A DNA stretch of 64,000 nucleotides from an uncultured Smithella sp. (lineage in GTDB: Bacteria > Desulfobacterota > Syntrophia > Syntrophales > Smithellaceae): contig CAYMWM010000003.1 in assembly GCA_964394185.1 (NCBI GenBank), forward strand, positions 1,193 to 65,192, given 5' to 3'. The notes under the pieces were generated by a model that saw only the letters and a list, made by a program, of their open reading frames with translations, had not been told where the DNA came from and ran no database searches. Of the stretch, positions 53,582 to 63,171 are shown piece after piece (positions within the stretch are counted from its first letter, which is position 1; the number at the start of each line of letters is the position of its first letter). A program made the position numbers and the translations under genes.

Positions 53582-55069
53582 ATGATATCGCCAAAGGAGA
53601 ACCAATCTTTATTGGAACGGGAACCGCGTTTTGAGGACAGCTTTTGCAGTGTTCAGGCCACGCCCAGGATTCCCAAAATTCAGCTCAGCCATGCCCGCAG
53701 GTTTAATGATGAAGTAGTCAGGCCCTTGGCGTTAAAAACCGATCTCACGACCTTTGAAGATCCGGAATACCTTCCCTGGGATCTGGTGAAGAAAGCGAAT
53801 GAGTGGGGTTTCTATACCATGTTCATTCCCAAATTATTCGGCGGTCAGGGATGGAGTCTGCCAAGTCATGCTTATGTGATTGAAGAGTTGTCCTCGGCCT
53901 GTGTGGGCATTGCCAATGTAATCTTTGTTCACTATCTTGGTTTTATGACCTGTCTGGCATCCTGGAACGTGCCGCTTGTCAACAGAATATGCCGCGATGT
54001 GGCCGAAGGACAGCGCACAGGCAATCCCTGCCTCATCACTCTGGCTATCACCGAACCCGGAGCAGGCACTGATGTGGAGGAAGTGGAACTGGTTGACCGC
54101 GGCAAGGTGACCTGTTATGCCGAAAAGGTCAAGGGAGGCTATGTTGTCAACGGCAGCAAGATCTTTATCTCCATGGGACATGTCTCCACCTGGCATGCTC
54201 TTGTAGCCTACACCGATCTGAAAAAACCTTCGGAAAATACGGTAATCCTGGCAGTCAAAACAGGAACAAAGGGATTTAAGTTCGGCAAGCACGAAGACAA
54301 GATGGGTCAGCGGGCATGTCCGGCCAGTGAATTGATTTTTGAAGATTGTTTTATTCCCGATGATTGTGTGTTGTGTGATTCCCGTGACATACCGGACTCG
54401 AAGATACGAAAAACAGCGGATCTGGTAAACCAGATCATCCATTATGTCGTGGAAGTCACCCGCGCCTCGGTGGGTGCTTTTGGAACCGGGGTTGCACGTG
54501 GAGCCTTTGAACATGCTCTTCAGTATGCCGGAGAAACAGAAATTGACGGGAAACTTCTTGTCAACCATGAATGGGCGCAGATCATGCTGGCCGAAATGTA
54601 TAAGAATGTTATTGCGGGACGGCTCGCTTATGTTGAGGCCAATTATTCCAACAGTCTGAAAGGAGGAATTTTTAATTTCCTTCAAATGAAGCCGCTATAC
54701 TATTATCTCAAATACATTCCACAGTTCGTCATCGATATATTTTTTGTTCCTTTCTATAAATTTAAATTAGTGGATTCGCTGATGCGTCAGATTTATGTGG
54801 AAGGGCAATCCATTCAAGCTCAGCACCGATGCTCCGGATGGTCGTCCATTGCCAAGTTTTTCGGTACCGATATGGGCATGAAAAACTCTCAGATGGCGCT
54901 GGAAATGATGGGGCAGGCGGGATTGAGGCACGAACGCGGCGCGGAAAAGATTCTGCGTGACGCCAAACTGCTGCAAATCTACGAAGGTACCAACCAGTTA
55001 AATAGACTCAATCTTTTTAATTGCCTGATCGCGCGTTGTGTACCACAGGCTCGCGTATTCGAAGAATAG
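53582..55069 (+). CDS. Acyl-CoA dehydrogenase with canonical catalytic motif
   Basis: TEPGAGTDV and C-terminal RDAKLLQIYEGTNQLNRL (catalytic Glu present). The ATG at 53582 follows GGGAGG. Confidence 0.85.
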   Translation: MISPKENQSLLEREPRFEDSFCSVQATPRIPKIQLSHARRFNDEVVRPLALKTDLTTFEDPEYLPWDLVKKANEWGFYTMFIPKLFGGQGWSLPSHAYVIEELSSACVGIANVIFVHYLGFMTCLASWNVPLVNRICRDVAEGQRTGNPCLITLAITEPGAGTDVEEVELVDRGKVTCYAEKVKGGYVVNGSKIFISMGHVSTWHALVAYTDLKKPSENTVILAVKTGTKGFKFGKHEDKMGQRACPASELIFEDCFIPDDCVLCDSRDIPDSKIRKTADLVNQIIHYVVEVTRASVGAFGTGVARGAFEHALQYAGETEIDGKLLVNHEWAQIMLAEMYKNVIAGRLAYVEANYSNSLKGGIFNFLQMKPLYYYLKYIPQFVIDIFFVPFYKFKLVDSLMRQIYVEGQSIQAQHRCSGWSSIAKFFGTDMGMKNSQMALEMMGQAGLRHERGAEKILRDAKLLQIYEGTNQLNRLNLFNCLIARCVPQARVFEE

Positions 55070-55081
55070 GAGGAAACAAGA

Positions 55082-56203
55082 ATGCTGACGACAGTAAAAT
55101 GCGAACTCAAATCCTTTGAAGATCTGGCGCACAGTTTCGCTGCCAAAGAGCTTGCCGCCAACAGGGAAGAACACGACCGCTATCCTTTTGGCCCTTTCTT
55201 TGAATCCGTTTTAGCCAAAGCCTACGAAGTTGGATTGCTGGGGGCCACGCTGCCCGAAGAATGCGGCGGTATCGGCCAGGACATCAGCGCCCTGTGCGTT
55301 ATCCTCGATTATATCAGCGTGGCTGATGCAAGCCTTAGCGGAATTATTTTTACCAACGCCCTGTCTCAGGAAATCATACTGGCGTCGGGAAATAAAGATT
55401 TGCTTGCCAATATTACTGGAAAAGCAACCGACGCGAAGGCAGCGCTTATTGCCTGTACATCTTTTGCAAACCCTTCTGAAAGCGCAATTCCACTGGAGGC
55501 TGTCGCAATCAAAGACAGCTATAGTCTCAATGGTAGAATTGAATATGTAGTTCTGGGCGATATTTCCGGTCATGCAGTTGTCCCGGCTAAAATCAGAGGG
55601 AAAGAAGGCTATTCGTTCTTCCTCATCAATCTTGCGGATAAGGGAGTCAACAAGAGCCAGCCTGTTTTCAGTTTAGGATTGCACGCCTGTCCGGTTGTTG
55701 ATTTGAATCTGTCGGAAGTTACCGGCACGCTGGTGGGTAAGGAAGGAGACGGTGCAAAGTATTTTGGTCACGCATCCGATCGGATGCACTCAGCCGTTGC
55801 TGCCATTCAGTGCGGAATCATGAAAGGTTCTTTTCACGAAGCCCTCGATTATAGTCAGCAGCGCTGTCAGGGGGGCAGAGAGATTATCAAATGGTCGGGA
55901 TTGAGGATGCTGTTGGGTCAGATGGCCGTGCAGGTGAAAATTGCCGAAATGGTAGTGTCGGAGGCGGCCATGGCGGTGGAGAATAAGGAGAATCAGTGGA
56001 ACCTTTACTCCAGGGCGGCGGCACTTCACCTGTCGGAACTGGCCTGCAAGTTGACGGCGGACGGCATACAGTGTCTGGGCGGGAACGGCTACATGAAGGA
56101 TTACAGTCAGGAGAAACGGTTCCGGGATGCTAAACATGTGCAGGCACTGCTCGGATTGGCTCCCATGCGCAAACTGTCCATGATTAAGGATATGTTGACA
56201 TAA
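55082..56203 (+). CDS. Acyl-CoA dehydrogenase-like protein lacking the catalytic YEG motif (possible non-catalytic partner subunit)
   Basis: ACAD-like length and N-terminal region, with C-terminal RDAKHVQALLGLAPMRKL in place of IYEGT. Confidence 0.75.
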   Translation: MLTTVKCELKSFEDLAHSFAAKELAANREEHDRYPFGPFFESVLAKAYEVGLLGATLPEECGGIGQDISALCVILDYISVADASLSGIIFTNALSQEIILASGNKDLLANITGKATDAKAALIACTSFANPSESAIPLEAVAIKDSYSLNGRIEYVVLGDISGHAVVPAKIRGKEGYSFFLINLADKGVNKSQPVFSLGLHACPVVDLNLSEVTGTLVGKEGDGAKYFGHASDRMHSAVAAIQCGIMKGSFHEALDYSQQRCQGGREIIKWSGLRMLLGQMAVQVKIAEMVVSEAAMAVENKENQWNLYSRAAALHLSELACKLTADGIQCLGGNGYMKDYSQEKRFRDAKHVQALLGLAPMRKLSMIKDMLT

Positions 56204-56252
56204 AGAATTACGATAGTCCTACCCCCCCCCAATGTCGGTAGGTAACCGAAGG

Positions 56253-56300
56253 ATGCTCCCGATGGAGCCTCAAGGCTTTATCGGGAGCATTCCGATTATT
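56253..56300 (+). terminator. Rho-independent terminator candidate
   Basis: Perfect 11-bp stem ATGCTCCCGAT (56253-56263) / ATCGGGAGCAT (56280-56290) with a 16-nt loop, followed by a moderately T-rich tail. It lies 50 nt after the ACAD-like stop. Confidence 0.4.
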
Positions 56301-56341
56301 TAGAAATTAATAAATTCGTAAAAATTGAAAGAGGAATATCA

Positions 56342-57220
56342 ATGGACCTGAACAAAAAATATCCCGAAAAAAGAGTGGTTATTACCGGCGCGGGCAGCGG
56401 TTTGGGGAGGGCTTTGGCGCTCGAGTTTGCCAGGAGAGGGTGGAAAATAGCTATCGCCGAAATCAATGATGAAAGGGCTAAAGAATCGGCGGGAATGGTG
56501 AAAAAAGAAGGAGGAACTCCACTTACTATTCACTGTGACGTAACAAAGCCGGAAGATTTCGAAAATGTTCTGAAAGTAGTTGAAAAGGAATGGAAAGGCG
56601 TGGATATCCTGATTAACAATGCCGGAGTCGCCTCGGCGGGATGGTTCGAAAAGATTCCTTTGGAAAAATGGGACTGGATTATCGGAATTAATCTGATGAG
56701 TATTATTTACGGGTGCCGCACGTTTATCCGCTATTTCAAGGAATCCGGGAAGGGCGGATATCTTGTCAATGTGGCATCCAATGCCGGTATTGCATCGCTT
56801 CCCGAGATGGTTAGTTATAATACGACGAAAGCCGCAGTCATATCGCTTTCCGAAACCCTGAAGATTGAACTGTCCAAAATCAATGTCGGCGTTTCCGTCG
56901 TCTGTCCTACTTTTTTCAAAACGAACCTGATGGATCAATTCACTTCGCCGGATGAACGCCAGCGGAATATGGCCAATACTTTTTTTGGTAACGCGAAAAG
57001 TACATCCGAACAGGTCGCCATGCACACCATCCAATCCATTGAGAAGAACCGCCTGTATGTTTTGACGCAGAAAGACGGCAGAAATATGTGGATGCTGAAA
57101 CGCCTTACTCCGGAAACATATTTTAAGGTATTCTGTTTTCTGTACAAAAAGGGAATCTTTGAAAAGCATCTGGCAACATTATTAAAGATAATGAATATCG
57201 CAGTGCCGAGATTGAAGTAA
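56342..57220 (+). CDS. Short-chain dehydrogenase/reductase (classical SDR)
   Basis: VVITGAGSGLGRALA (TGxxxGxG), NNAG and YNTTK (YxxxK). Confidence 0.85.
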   Translation: MDLNKKYPEKRVVITGAGSGLGRALALEFARRGWKIAIAEINDERAKESAGMVKKEGGTPLTIHCDVTKPEDFENVLKVVEKEWKGVDILINNAGVASAGWFEKIPLEKWDWIIGINLMSIIYGCRTFIRYFKESGKGGYLVNVASNAGIASLPEMVSYNTTKAAVISLSETLKIELSKINVGVSVVCPTFFKTNLMDQFTSPDERQRNMANTFFGNAKSTSEQVAMHTIQSIEKNRLYVLTQKDGRNMWMLKRLTPETYFKVFCFLYKKGIFEKHLATLLKIMNIAVPRLK

Positions 57221-57427
57221 TTATATAAAAACTGTTTCAAAAATATTTTAAAAGATTTGAAGAATCCATTCATTGCAAACCGATTTGATTTTTTATTAAA
57301 TTACTGTATTATTTCAAAAATAAGATTAATCTTAGTCGTTTCATCGTATAAGACCTGAAGTGTAATGAGAGAAGTACAAAGAAATAACAGTTAATCAAAC
57401 AAATTTTTACCGGGGAAATCTTATTCA

Positions 57428-59101
57428 ATGGGAGTAGCCGGAGACATTGTCATTATCGTCATGTCCGCACTGATAGGCGGTCTTATCGCACAGGCTCTCA
57501 AGCAGCCGCTGATTCTTGGCTATATATTGGCTGGGGTATTGGTCGGTCCTCATACCGGTGGTATCACGGTTTCCGAAGTGCATAATATCGAAAAACTGGC
57601 GGAGATTGGTGTTGCGCTCCTGCTTTTTGCTTTGGGTCTCGAGTTTTCCTTCCGGGAGTTAAAACCGGTACGCGCGATAGCTCTTCTCGGTACCCCGGTG
57701 CAGATCGCTTTAACAATGCTCTATGGATTCGGCATCGGTTGGATTTTGGGCTGGTCCTGGACTTCTTCCGTCTGGTTTGGTGCTCTGATTTCGTTGTCCA
57801 GTACGATGGTCATGATAAAAACGCTGGAAAAACAGGGTATGATGGGCACGCTGTCTAGCCGTGTGATGATAGGCGTTTTGATTGTTCAGGATCTGGCGAT
57901 TGTCCCCATGCTGATTATCCTGCCGCAATTAAACAATATCCAAAGCGGCGTTTCGATACTGTTAATAGCAGCCGTCAAGGCGGCCGTCTTTCTTCTCGTC
58001 ATGATTTTAATCGGCACAAAGATTATTCCCGGTCTGATGCGATATATAGCGAACTGGAATTCACGGGAACTGTTTCTTATAACAACGACCGCCATTGGTC
58101 TCGGTATCGGTTACGGCACCTATGTTTTCGGTCTTTCATTTGCCTTCGGCGCCTTTGTGGCCGGTATACTTTTGAGTGAATCGGATTACGGCTATCAGGC
58201 TTTAAGCGACATCATTCCATTAAGAGACGTTTTTAGTTTATTGTTTTTTACTTCCATCGGCATGCTGCTGGATATTGATTTTCTGTTTGCCAATTGGACA
58301 ACGATATTGTCAATCGTCGTGCTTGTCATGCTGGGCAAGGCGTTGATTTTTGCCGTTTTAAGCAGATCATTCGGCTATCGGAATGTTATTCCGTTGGCGA
58401 TGGGATTGGGGCTTTCTCAGGTTGGTGAATTTTCTTTTATTCTGGGCCGGGTCGGTGTGAGCACAAAATCTATATCCGCGGAATTTTACACCCTGGTCCT
58501 GACCATGTCCATTATAACCATATTGCTGACACCTTTTGTATCAGGGCTTACATCTCCGCTTTATGCTTTTGCCCGGCGCTGGATTAAACCGCTGAAACTG
58601 GCGCCCATTCATTTTCCCAAAAGTGGTTTAAAAGATCATATCGTTATTGCCGGCGGGGGGCGCGTGGGCATGTACATTGCCAATGTCTTACACCATATGA
58701 GCATACCCTTTGTGATTCTGGAATATAATTCCCGCCGTGTTCATGATGTTAAATCAAGCGGTTTTCCTATCATCTTCGGAGATGCAGGAAAGGAAGTAAT
58801 CCTGCAAGCCGCTGACTTGAAGAGAGCAAAGCTCTTGCTGATAACAACGCCCGTGGCGGTTATTTCTTTAGGAATTGTTTCGCAGGCACAGAAAATAAAC
58901 CCTGATATTCAAATTATTGCCCGGGCGGAAGGAACCCAACAGATGAAAGAACTTTATAAAAAAGGCGTGACTTATGTCGTGCAGCCGGAATTTGAAGCCA
59001 GCCTGGAAATCATCAACCAGACGTTACTTAATCTAGGCATTCCCGCCGAACAACTCAAAGAGCTTACCGAAGATGCCCGTCAGAAACTAAACCGGCCTTG
59101 A
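57428..59101 (+). CDS. CPA2-family cation:proton antiporter with C-terminal TrkA-N (RCK) domain (Kef-like)
   Basis: About 12 TM helices (Na_H exchanger-like), then the Rossmann motif [18 protein letters not shown]. Confidence 0.85.
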   Translation: MGVAGDIVIIVMSALIGGLIAQALKQPLILGYILAGVLVGPHTGGITVSEVHNIEKLAEIGVALLLFALGLEFSFRELKPVRAIALLGTPVQIALTMLYGFGIGWILGWSWTSSVWFGALISLSSTMVMIKTLEKQGMMGTLSSRVMIGVLIVQDLAIVPMLIILPQLNNIQSGVSILLIAAVKAAVFLLVMILIGTKIIPGLMRYIANWNSRELFLITTTAIGLGIGYGTYVFGLSFAFGAFVAGILLSESDYGYQALSDIIPLRDVFSLLFFTSIGMLLDIDFLFANWTTILSIVVLVMLGKALIFAVLSRSFGYRNVIPLAMGLGLSQVGEFSFILGRVGVSTKSISAEFYTLVLTMSIITILLTPFVSGLTSPLYAFARRWIKPLKLAPIHFPKSGLKDHIVIAGGGRVGMYIANVLHHMSIPFVILEYNSRRVHDVKSSGFPIIFGDAGKEVILQAADLKRAKLLLITTPVAVISLGIVSQAQKINPDIQIIARAEGTQQMKELYKKGVTYVVQPEFEASLEIINQTLLNLGIPAEQLKELTEDARQKLNRP

Positions 59102-59289
59102 TAAATTTAAAGGCCGGAACTCATGTTATTCTAATCCATAATAATTCATTTGAGTTTATTTTAATTGACATTGAAAGGTGATTTGATTATAGACTTTCAG
59201 TCCCACATCTATCCCTAAAATTTATTTAATAACTTAAAAGGTATTCATGCGGCAATGTTGATAATTATTTTAACTACAGGAGCCTTATC

Positions 59290-61404
59290 ATGAAAAAAAT
59301 AGTTCGAATTATTCTAGTGCTATTGCTTGTCTCTTCAATCTTTACCTCATGCAGCGAAAATAACAGCACCACGAATACGAATGATGCAAAAGCCATTACC
59401 TCATTCTCTTTTACTAATCCGGCAGCATCGGCTACCATTGATGAAAATGCAAAGACCGTTTCCATTACAGTACCGCATAACACAGACGTGACTGCATTAA
59501 CAGCGACATACACAACAACAGGCGCGAAAGTACAGGTTGGTTCGGTTGCTCAAGCAAGCGGAACAACCCCGATTGATTTTACTAATCCGGTATCATACGT
59601 TGTAACAGCCGCAGATGGCTCAACCGCAACTTATACCGTTACGGTGACGGTGGCATCTGATTCCGCAAAAGCCATTACTGCGTTTTCAATTACCAATCCG
59701 GCGGTATCCGGGACCATAAATGAGGAAACCAAGACAATACTCATAACCGTTCCCTATAAAACAAATGTAACTGCATTGTTCGCATCGTTTATTACGACGG
59801 GGGCAAGCGTACAGGTCGGTTCGACAGTTCAAGTAAGCGGGACAACCACCAATGATTTTACCAATGCGGTTTTATACGTCGTATCGGCCGCGGATGGCTC
59901 CACTGCAACCTATACCGTGACAGTGGCAGAGGCTTCTGATTCAGCGAAAGCCATTACTGAATTTTCGTTTACGAATCCAATCGTATCGGGAGTGGTCAAT
60001 GAAGAAGCAAAGACGATTTCCGTTACGGTACCATACAAAACAAATGTGACTGCCTTGTACGCGAAATTTACTACAACTGGCATCAGAGTGCAGGTGGGAT
60101 CAATCGTTCAGGAAAGCCGGCGAGCGTACAACGACTTTACTAATCCTGTATTGTATGTCGTAACAGCCGCTGACGGTACAAAAGCCACATATACCGTAAC
60201 GGTAACCGTGGGCCTTAATCCTGCAAAGGTTATCACAGTCTTCTCATTTGCCAATCCGGCAGTGACAGGGATTATCAACGAAAGTTCAAAGACCATTTCT
60301 CTAACCGTGCCCGGCGGGACGGATTTAACTTCATTAATTGCATCATTTGCAACAACGGGAGTAAGTGTAAAAGTCGGTTCCACTGTCCAGGTGAGCGGAA
60401 CAACACCCAACAATTTCACAACCCCGGTTATCTACACAGTCACCGCCGAAAATGGCTCGACGGCAAATTATGCGGTTACGGTTACGCTTGCATTTCAACC
60501 AAATTATGTAAGCCTGCAAAGCGATTCCGGAGATTTCATAGGTCAGGGGAAAAAATACTATTACACACAGGCCAATTCTATAATTAAAATAAGTGCCTCT
60601 AGCGGTCGTCTTTCAGTCAGTGTTACCGGAGATGAGGATTGGAGGGGTGATTTCCGGGTGCCGAATAGCCTCAGTCAACTTCAGACCGGTTACTATGGAA
60701 ATTTTGAAGGATACCCGTTCCATGATCCCGCTCTGGGCGGACTTGAATGGTGGGGTGATGGGAGAGGTTGCAATCGTCTTAGTGGATGGTTTTCTATCGA
60801 TAATGTAACCTATTCCAACGGAAATCTAACCGCAATTGATTTGCGTTTTGAACAGAATTGCGAATGCGGCTCCACAACGCTTCATGGCCGGATTCACTGG
60901 TCGTCAAGTGATACAACATCACCCCCGGGTCCGATTAATCCTCCTCCGGCCGGTTTGTGGCAACCGTTATCCGGATCCACACCATCGAGCGGAAATTATA
61001 TCTATTTAATAAGTGATGCTGGAGACTACATCGGTCAGGGACAGACATACACCTATACACCGGCCAATGCTACGATTACCGTCAGCGCCACGGGAAATCA
61101 TCTTACAACCAGCATTTCTGTAAACGGGAATTGGTGGTGGGGTGATTTCCAAACTATGAGTTTTTTAAGCCAGCTTCTACTGGGCTACTATGGGAATCTC
61201 CAACGCAGTCCATTTCATAATCCAACGCGTGGCGGCCTTAGCTGGGACGGTTTTGGCCGGGGGTGTAATACTCTCACCGGCTGGTTTGTCGTCGATAATG
61301 TCACATATAGCAGTGGTGCTCTTACAGCAATTGATCTGCGTTTCGAGCAGCATTGCGAGGGCGGAACTACCGCTCTTCGCGGTCAAATTCACTGGGTAAA
61401 ATAA
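59290..61404 (+). CDS. Surface/periplasmic lipoprotein with four 93-aa beta-sandwich-like repeats and two ~135-aa C-terminal repeats
   Basis: Lipobox SSIFTSC at the N-terminus. The internal repeats were read directly from the translation. Confidence 0.8.
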   Translation: MKKIVRIILVLLLVSSIFTSCSENNSTTNTNDAKAITSFSFTNPAASATIDENAKTVSITVPHNTDVTALTATYTTTGAKVQVGSVAQASGTTPIDFTNPVSYVVTAADGSTATYTVTVTVASDSAKAITAFSITNPAVSGTINEETKTILITVPYKTNVTALFASFITTGASVQVGSTVQVSGTTTNDFTNAVLYVVSAADGSTATYTVTVAEASDSAKAITEFSFTNPIVSGVVNEEAKTISVTVPYKTNVTALYAKFTTTGIRVQVGSIVQESRRAYNDFTNPVLYVVTAADGTKATYTVTVTVGLNPAKVITVFSFANPAVTGIINESSKTISLTVPGGTDLTSLIASFATTGVSVKVGSTVQVSGTTPNNFTTPVIYTVTAENGSTANYAVTVTLAFQPNYVSLQSDSGDFIGQGKKYYYTQANSIIKISASSGRLSVSVTGDEDWRGDFRVPNSLSQLQTGYYGNFEGYPFHDPALGGLEWWGDGRGCNRLSGWFSIDNVTYSNGNLTAIDLRFEQNCECGSTTLHGRIHWSSSDTTSPPGPINPPPAGLWQPLSGSTPSSGNYIYLISDAGDYIGQGQTYTYTPANATITVSATGNHLTTSISVNGNWWWGDFQTMSFLSQLLLGYYGNLQRSPFHNPTRGGLSWDGFGRGCNTLTGWFVVDNVTYSSGALTAIDLRFEQHCEGGTTALRGQIHWVK
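59386..60501 (+). repeat. 4 x 279-nt in-frame tandem repeat (93 aa each) inside the lipoprotein gene
   Basis: Each unit starts AK(A/V)IT.FS(F/I).NP and ends ..DG(S/T).A.Y(T/A)VTV.. . The units have exactly equal length. Confidence 0.85.
60502..61401 (+). repeat. 2 x diverged repeat of a ~135-aa domain, separated by a Pro/Ser-rich linker
   Basis: NYVSLQSDSGDFIGQG..GRGCNRLSGWFSIDNVTYSNGNLTAIDLRFEQNCE..HGRIHW versus NYIYLISDAGDYIGQG..GRGCNTLTGWFVVDNVTYSSGALTAIDLRFEQHCE..RGQIHW. Confidence 0.8.
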
Positions 61405-61495
61405 TATACGATAATATGTTTAGTATAGTATTAGAAGCGCAGATCGATTAGATATAATGGAGATAACAGTTAAACGAGGGCTTACTTAAAATTTA

Positions 61496-63160
61496 TTAGA
61501 CAATATCTGCAAGATTTTTTAAACCGGCTGCGGGGTTTGTCCGGAAGTGGAAGCGGATGATTCTTCTTTTAGCTTCTGTTAAAGCCTGCCAGTCGCCCTG
61601 AGCCTGGAAGGCTTTAAGCGTGCCGAAGGAAAGGGAAGATTTTTCTTCGCCGGGATTGTCTGGAATATCTATATCCGAAGAATAATCCTGCGTCAGTTGA
61701 ATAAACAAGCCATTGCCGGAGTCGCCTTTATGCAACTGGCCGGTGGAATGCAAATAACGCGGGCCATAACCGCAGGTCACCGGCAAAAGATACTTTTGAG
61801 AGATGGCTTTCCGCAAGCGGCTTATCGCCTCGTCAACTTCCGGCGAGGGGCTTAAGTATACCTGCAAACAAATATAGTCACCGGATGTTCCCTGTTTTAA
61901 AAAGTTTGCCAACACTTCGGCGGGATTTGCACCGCTGATATTGCCGAAGATTTCTCCCTGTTCAAATATCAGCGCGGGCTTTTGATTTTTCGTGCTGTTT
62001 TTCTGATAATCAGTAATCATGGCGCGGGTATGTTTCTTGGTTGCTTCAACATCCGGCTGATCAAAGGGATTAACACCCAGAAAATGCGAAGCAACAGCCG
62101 TGGCCATCTCCCAGATAAACATTTGTGTACCCAAATCATAATCGTTCTTAATCTCAATTGTAATGACAGGATGCCCCGCTTTTATCAAAGATTCTTTTTG
62201 AGGCAATATGATGTTGTCTTTATTTTTAAAAATGACAAATGTACAGTCCTTTCCATTAACCGTATTTTCCGCAAGCGGTTCATCCAAAACCGGCAGAATT
62301 CCTTTTCCTTCCTTGCCGGTGCTCTCCGCTATCAATTGTTCCAGCCAATCGCCGAAAACTCTCCATTGTGGCGGCAGGACAAAAGTCAGCTTGTCGCGTC
62401 CGACCTGAGCCAGTATTCCCAGAGCTGCTCCCAGAGAGGCACCCGTTGTGATGAGTTCTTCCTTGTGTGAACAGATTCGCTCCAGTAATTGTCTTACATC
62501 AATACCTGTAAAAGCGGCCGGTACTATACCGGTTATGGAAAGAGCCGAATAACGTCCGCCGATATCGGATTTGCTGAAAAAAGTGTAATGCGCCGATAAA
62601 CTTTCAGCGGTTTTAACCAGAGGGCTGCCTTCATCCGTAATAAATATAAAATGACTTCCCGCGCTTTTTCCGGAATTTTTATAACATAAATTATAAAAGT
62701 ACTTTAAAAGAGAATTTATCTCCAGTGTCGTGCCCGATTTGGAAGAGACCAAAAAAAGAGTATTTCCAAGATCAAGATTTTGGGCGACGGTGGAAATAGA
62801 AACCGGATCGGTGGTGTCCAGTATATGGAGCTTGGGATAGCCGGTTTTACGGCCAAAGATTTTGCTGAATACTTCGGGAGCTAGAGAAGAACCGCCTATT
62901 CCCAGCAAAACAACATCACGAAAACTCTTTCCCCTTAACGGCTCAAAAATGGCGAGAATGTAGTTAACCTTTTCCAGGGTTTCCTCGGTAATATCAAGCC
63001 AGCCCAACCGGTTAACGATTTCATTCGGCGCGGGTTTCCAGACTGTATAATCTTTTGCCTTGATGCGCTCAATTAGATTATCTTTACGCATTTTTTCCCA
63101 GCCGCCGTTTACGGCGCTTTGGTATTCTCCAAGAGAACAATCAATGCGTATATCGTTCAT
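61496..63160 (-). CDS. pgi: Glucose-6-phosphate isomerase
   Basis: LLGIGGSSLAPEV and SKSGTTLE (SIS-domain PGI signatures). 554 aa. Lies 11 nt downstream of tkt on the - strand. Confidence 0.8.
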   Translation of the reverse strand: MNDIRIDCSLGEYQSAVNGGWEKMRKDNLIERIKAKDYTVWKPAPNEIVNRLGWLDITEETLEKVNYILAIFEPLRGKSFRDVVLLGIGGSSLAPEVFSKIFGRKTGYPKLHILDTTDPVSISTVAQNLDLGNTLFLVSSKSGTTLEINSLLKYFYNLCYKNSGKSAGSHFIFITDEGSPLVKTAESLSAHYTFFSKSDIGGRYSALSITGIVPAAFTGIDVRQLLERICSHKEELITTGASLGAALGILAQVGRDKLTFVLPPQWRVFGDWLEQLIAESTGKEGKGILPVLDEPLAENTVNGKDCTFVIFKNKDNIILPQKESLIKAGHPVITIEIKNDYDLGTQMFIWEMATAVASHFLGVNPFDQPDVEATKKHTRAMITDYQKNSTKNQKPALIFEQGEIFGNISGANPAEVLANFLKQGTSGDYICLQVYLSPSPEVDEAISRLRKAISQKYLLPVTCGYGPRYLHSTGQLHKGDSGNGLFIQLTQDYSSDIDIPDNPGEEKSSLSFGTLKAFQAQGDWQALTEAKRRIIRFHFRTNPAAGLKNLADIV

Positions 63161-63171
63161 TTTATTCCCCT

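Noticed and set aside
53834-54685. 283-aa ORF on the - strand
   Set aside because: It is antisense to the canonical ACAD (TEPGAGTDV, IYEGT) and has a low-complexity, motif-free translation.
56222-56230. C9 homopolymer, considered as a phase-variation tract
   Set aside because: It lies in the intergenic region after the ACAD-like stop, within a small hairpin-like context (CCTAC..GTAGG). It is not in a coding region or between -35 and -10 elements, so slippage would have no obvious switch effect.
56339-57169. 276-aa ORF on the - strand
   Set aside because: It is antisense to the SDR gene, whose TGxxxGxG, NNAG and YxxxK motifs identify the + strand as coding.
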